This document shows, in pieces, positions 61,288 to 64,000 of a stretch of 64,000 nt of DNA (position 1 is its first letter; each line of letters opens with the position of its first letter). The position numbers were made by a program, and so were the translations under genes. Source of the stretch: an uncultured Phycisphaerae bacterium (lineage in GTDB: Bacteria; Planctomycetota; Phycisphaerae; SM23-33); NCBI GenBank assembly GCA_963760365.1, contig CAVXDC010000030.1:12663-76662 (forward strand). The letters are read 5' to 3'. Below the pieces are notes generated by a model that was not told the DNA's origin, did not search any database, and saw nothing but the letters and a program-made list of their open reading frames with translations.

Positions 61288-61487
61288 GAGCTGCGGGATA
61301 GCCGACGGGCGTTCTATGATCCCAAACCCGTCGGTGTCGATGTGCCCGAATGGAGCGACCAGATCCGCCAGCTCGAAATCCGCACGCTGGTTGAAGTCCA
61401 CAAGATGGACGGCGCCGCCGTCGCCGAGATTGAAAAGGCCTTGTCCGTTGCCGAATAACCCACGGCTTGCAAGCCGAGGTCCGTTTG

Positions 61488-62423
61488 TCAGGCGATGCCG
61501 TCCGGGTCGGGCGACTCACCATTGGGCCGGTGTTTCCAGCGGCGGTGGACCCACAGGTACTGCTGGGGGGCGTCGCGGACGATCTGCTCCAAGACGGAGG
61601 TGTATTCCTGCGTGATCCAGACCAGCGGGTCGGGCTTATCGGCCCATTCGTGCGGGTGGATGATCCGCTGCACGCCCATCTCGAAGTGGAACGCCTCGTC
61701 CAGCCGCCGCCCGTAGCCCACGACGATCGGGGCGCCGAACTGCATGGCCATCAGGGCGATGGACTTGTAGGTGCTGGCCGGCCGGCCGAAGAAGTCCACG
61801 AACAGCCCCTTGCGCCCCGCGTCCTGGTCGGCGATGAAGCTCAGCGTCCCGCATCCGGCCAGCACGTCTTCCATCGTGGCCGTCGCGCCCCGCTTGTACA
61901 GGATGCTCTGGCCGGTCCGCTCGCGGAAACCCATGACGTACTCGTTGATGAACGGATTGTCCAGCGGCCGGGCGACCGTCACCGACGGAAACCCCAGCGT
62001 GGCCATCGTGTAGCCCACCAGCTCAAAGCTCCCGTAGTGCCCGGTCACCAGGATCACGCCGCTGCGCTGCTCCAGCAGCAGCCGCAAGGCCTCGGAAAGA
62101 TTGGCCAACTGTACGTGCCGCCTCCAGAGCAGTGGTGTGATCAGCCGCGGGGTCAGCAGCACCTCCAGCCCCAGGAACACCAGGTGCTTCAGCGACTCCC
62201 GCGCGACGTGATGAATCGTTTCCTCGCTCCAGGCGGGGAAGCTGCGGCGGAGGTGCTCGACGGCGAAGCGACGGTGGCGGCGGTCCAGGCGGTAGATGAG
62301 CCAGCCGATCAGGTCCGCCGTGCGGTAGTTGGCCGCGGGGGAAAACATGTGCACGAACATCGCAAACAGCCGCAGCGCGACGTACGTCAGGTAGTCCAAC
62401 AACTTGTTTCTTGGTCGAGCCAT
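61488..62423 (-). CDS. lysophospholipid/lipid A lauroyl-type acyltransferase (LpxL/HtrB family)
   Basis: Intact 311 aa. It has an N-terminal membrane anchor, the acyltransferase HX4-type motif TGHYGSFE, then FIADQDAG and FFGRPA. Confidence 0.7.
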   Translation of the reverse strand: MARPRNKLLDYLTYVALRLFAMFVHMFSPAANYRTADLIGWLIYRLDRRHRRFAVEHLRRSFPAWSEETIHHVARESLKHLVFLGLEVLLTPRLITPLLWRRHVQLANLSEALRLLLEQRSGVILVTGHYGSFELVGYTMATLGFPSVTVARPLDNPFINEYVMGFRERTGQSILYKRGATATMEDVLAGCGTLSFIADQDAGRKGLFVDFFGRPASTYKSIALMAMQFGAPIVVGYGRRLDEAFHFEMGVQRIIHPHEWADKPDPLVWITQEYTSVLEQIVRDAPQQYLWVHRRWKHRPNGESPDPDGIA

Positions 62424-62430
62424 TGGAGAA

Positions 62431-62570
62431 AGGTTAGAGGTGAGAGGTGAGAGTTAACGGCCGCGCAGGCGGCATCGTGGCATCGGTGTCGGTTCTGTGC
62501 GTGCCAGGAATTCCTACTTTTCGCCAACGACGTTGCCGCACTCTAACCACTAACCTCTAACCTCTAACCT
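62431..62570. repeat. AGGTTAG-type heptamer inverted repeat between proS and the acyltransferase gene
   Basis: AGGTTAGAGGTGAGAGGTGAGAGTTAAC (62431-62458) faces CTCTAACCACTAACCTCTAACCTCTAACCT (62541-62570). The spacer is about 80 nt. The right arm supplies the last 7 codons and the TAG stop of proS. Confidence 0.85.
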
Positions 62571-64000
62571 GGTTTTCATTTCGTCCACGATCCGTTTCGC
62601 TTCGGTGACGGCTTGGGCGGCAGGGACAATGGTGGGCCGCTCGTCCGTGCGGCGCTTCAGCTCCACCTGGCCGTCCTTCAGCCCGCGCTCCCCGACCACC
62701 ACGCGCAGCGGGATGCCGATCAGGTCGGCGTCCTTGAGCTTTACCCCTGGCCGGGCGTCGCGGTCGTCCAGCAGCACCTCCACGCCGCAGGCCGCCAATT
62801 CGTCGTGGATCCGCTGGGCCTCGGCGCACACGGCGGGCTTGTCGCTGTTCAGCGGCACGACCTGGACCTCGAACGGCGCGATGCTGATGGGCAGGATGCA
62901 GCCATTCTCGTCGTGGCCCGTCTCGATGGCTGAGGCCAGGATGCGATTGATGCCGATGCCGTAACAGCCCATGAGGCACGGGCAGCTTTTGCCGTTGGCG
63001 TCGAGGAAGTTGGCGCCCAGCTTTTCACTGTACTTGGTGCCGAGCTTGAACACGTGGCCCACCTCGATGCCGCAGGAAAAGACCAGCTTCTTGCCCTGCC
63101 ATGTGTCGCCCTCGACGGCGTTCCGCACATCGGCGACGGTGACGTTCCCGCCGCTAATGGGGAAATCCCGGCCCGGCACGACGTTCTTGACGTGATAGTC
63201 GGTCTTATTCGCCCCCGTCACGCCCACGCCCATGGCGGCCACGGCGTGGTCGACGATGAACTTGGCGACCTTGCCCGAAAGGTTCATCGGCCCGGCGAAT
63301 CCCACCGCCGCCGCGGTCACATCCCGGATAACGGTTTCGCTAGCCAGCTCCAGTTCTTCCCCGGCCTGGGCGGTGAGCTTGGCCTCGTTGATCTCGTGGT
63401 CGCCCCGAACCAGCACGGCCAATACCTTTTTGCCATGATCGGTTTTGGTGATGTAGATCAGCGTCTTGATCATCTCCACCGGCTTTGTGCCCAGGAACTT
63501 GCAGACGGCCTCGATGCTGCCGATGTGGGGCGTGTGGACTTCCTGTATCGCCGGGGCAGTCTTGCGAAGGGCGGCGGCCTGGGCCGTCAACGACAGCGGA
63601 TCGACGTGGGCTTTGTCGATGTTAGCGGCGTAGCTGACGTCCTGGCTGGTGACCAATACGTCTCCGACGGCGGCGGGGACCATGAACTCCTCGGTATCGG
63701 TGCCGCCGATCCCGCCGGATTCCGCCTCGACGACCTTGTAAACAAGCCCGCAGCGGTCGAAGATGCGGCAGTAGGCCTGGTACATTTTGCGGTAGGAAAC
63801 GTTCAGCCCCTCGGCCGTCGCGTCGAAGCTGTAGGCGTCCTTCATCAGGAACTCGCGGCTGCGGATAACGCCGTACTGCGGGCGGAACTCGTCGCGGAAC
63901 TTGGTGTGAATCTGGTAGAGGTTGATGGGGAGCTGGCGGTAGCTGCTGATCTCCCCGGCCACCAGGACGGTCACGGCCTCCTCCGCCGTCGGCGCCAGGA
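62550..64000 (-). CDS. proS: prolyl-tRNA synthetase, 3' portion (5' end beyond the window)
   Basis: LPINLYQIHTKFRDEFRPQYGVIRSREFLMKDAYSF (class II motif 2), an INS editing-domain-like region, GCYGIGINRILAS (motif 3), and an anticodon-binding C-terminus. The frame stays open to the window edge. Confidence 0.9.
   Translation of the reverse strand, partial: LAPTAEEAVTVLVAGEISSYRQLPINLYQIHTKFRDEFRPQYGVIRSREFLMKDAYSFDATAEGLNVSYRKMYQAYCRIFDRCGLVYKVVEAESGGIGGTDTEEFMVPAAVGDVLVTSQDVSYAANIDKAHVDPLSLTAQAAALRKTAPAIQEVHTPHIGSIEAVCKFLGTKPVEMIKTLIYITKTDHGKKVLAVLVRGDHEINEAKLTAQAGEELELASETVIRDVTAAAVGFAGPMNLSGKVAKFIVDHAVAAMGVGVTGANKTDYHVKNVVPGRDFPISGGNVTVADVRNAVEGDTWQGKKLVFSCGIEVGHVFKLGTKYSEKLGANFLDANGKSCPCLMGCYGIGINRILASAIETGHDENGCILPISIAPFEVQVVPLNSDKPAVCAEAQRIHDELAACGVEVLLDDRDARPGVKLKDADLIGIPLRVVVGERGLKDGQVELKRRTDERPTIVPAAQAVTEAKRIVDEMKTRLEVRG

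Overview
High-GC bacterial chromosome segment, probably from a Planctomycetota-like genome. That placement is an inference from the PVM-type microcompartment locus and the gene content. Left end: the str/S10 ribosomal operon (rpsL-rpsG-fusA-rpsJ-rplC-rplD-rplW-rplB-rpsS-rplV-rpsC'). It stops abruptly about 40 codons into rpsC and is joined to a 5'-truncated BNR/sialidase-like gene. Next come tRNA-Tyr, nadD, a UxaC-like amidohydrolase, proC, a B12-binding radical SAM gene with two tandem SagB-type nitroreductase paralogs, RuMP genes (HPS-RraA fusion plus PHI), an orphan DNA methyltransferase, trmB and an RCK K+ channel. A low-GC DnaA-box region (candidate oriC) lies beside dnaA, followed by dnaE, purA and uppS. 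The centre (28.6-40.3 kb) is a complete, indel-free PVM-type bacterial microcompartment locus: DeoR, PduL, 3 BMC-H, 3 BMC-P, AckA, acylating aldehyde dehydrogenase, class II aldolase and a degenerate RpiB-like cargo protein. It is preceded by a PduS-like Fe-S flavoprotein, a PduT-like BMC-T shell protein and a divergent LarA-like racemase, and has no alcohol dehydrogenase. This is my best candidate for the unusual system. Right part: rmuC, rpoD-dnaG, rnhA plus a Zn-ribbon gene, a Gfo/Idh/MocA oxidoreductase, mnmE, a 7TM plus RimK-like ATP-grasp pair, TauE, ppdK, a TPP riboswitch with thiC, DUF502, PAP2, a secreted hypothetical, an ECF sigma with a long C-terminal domain, an LpxL-like acyltransferase and partial proS. 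About one third of the genes (21 of roughly 62 by my reading) carry frameshifts, where I could resolve them at short G or C runs, which I read as assembly indels rather than decay. Several intergenic regions carry inverted arrays of heptamer repeats (the AGGTTAG family at four loci, AATTGCC at one). No CRISPR array, transposase, integrase or rRNA gene was seen.
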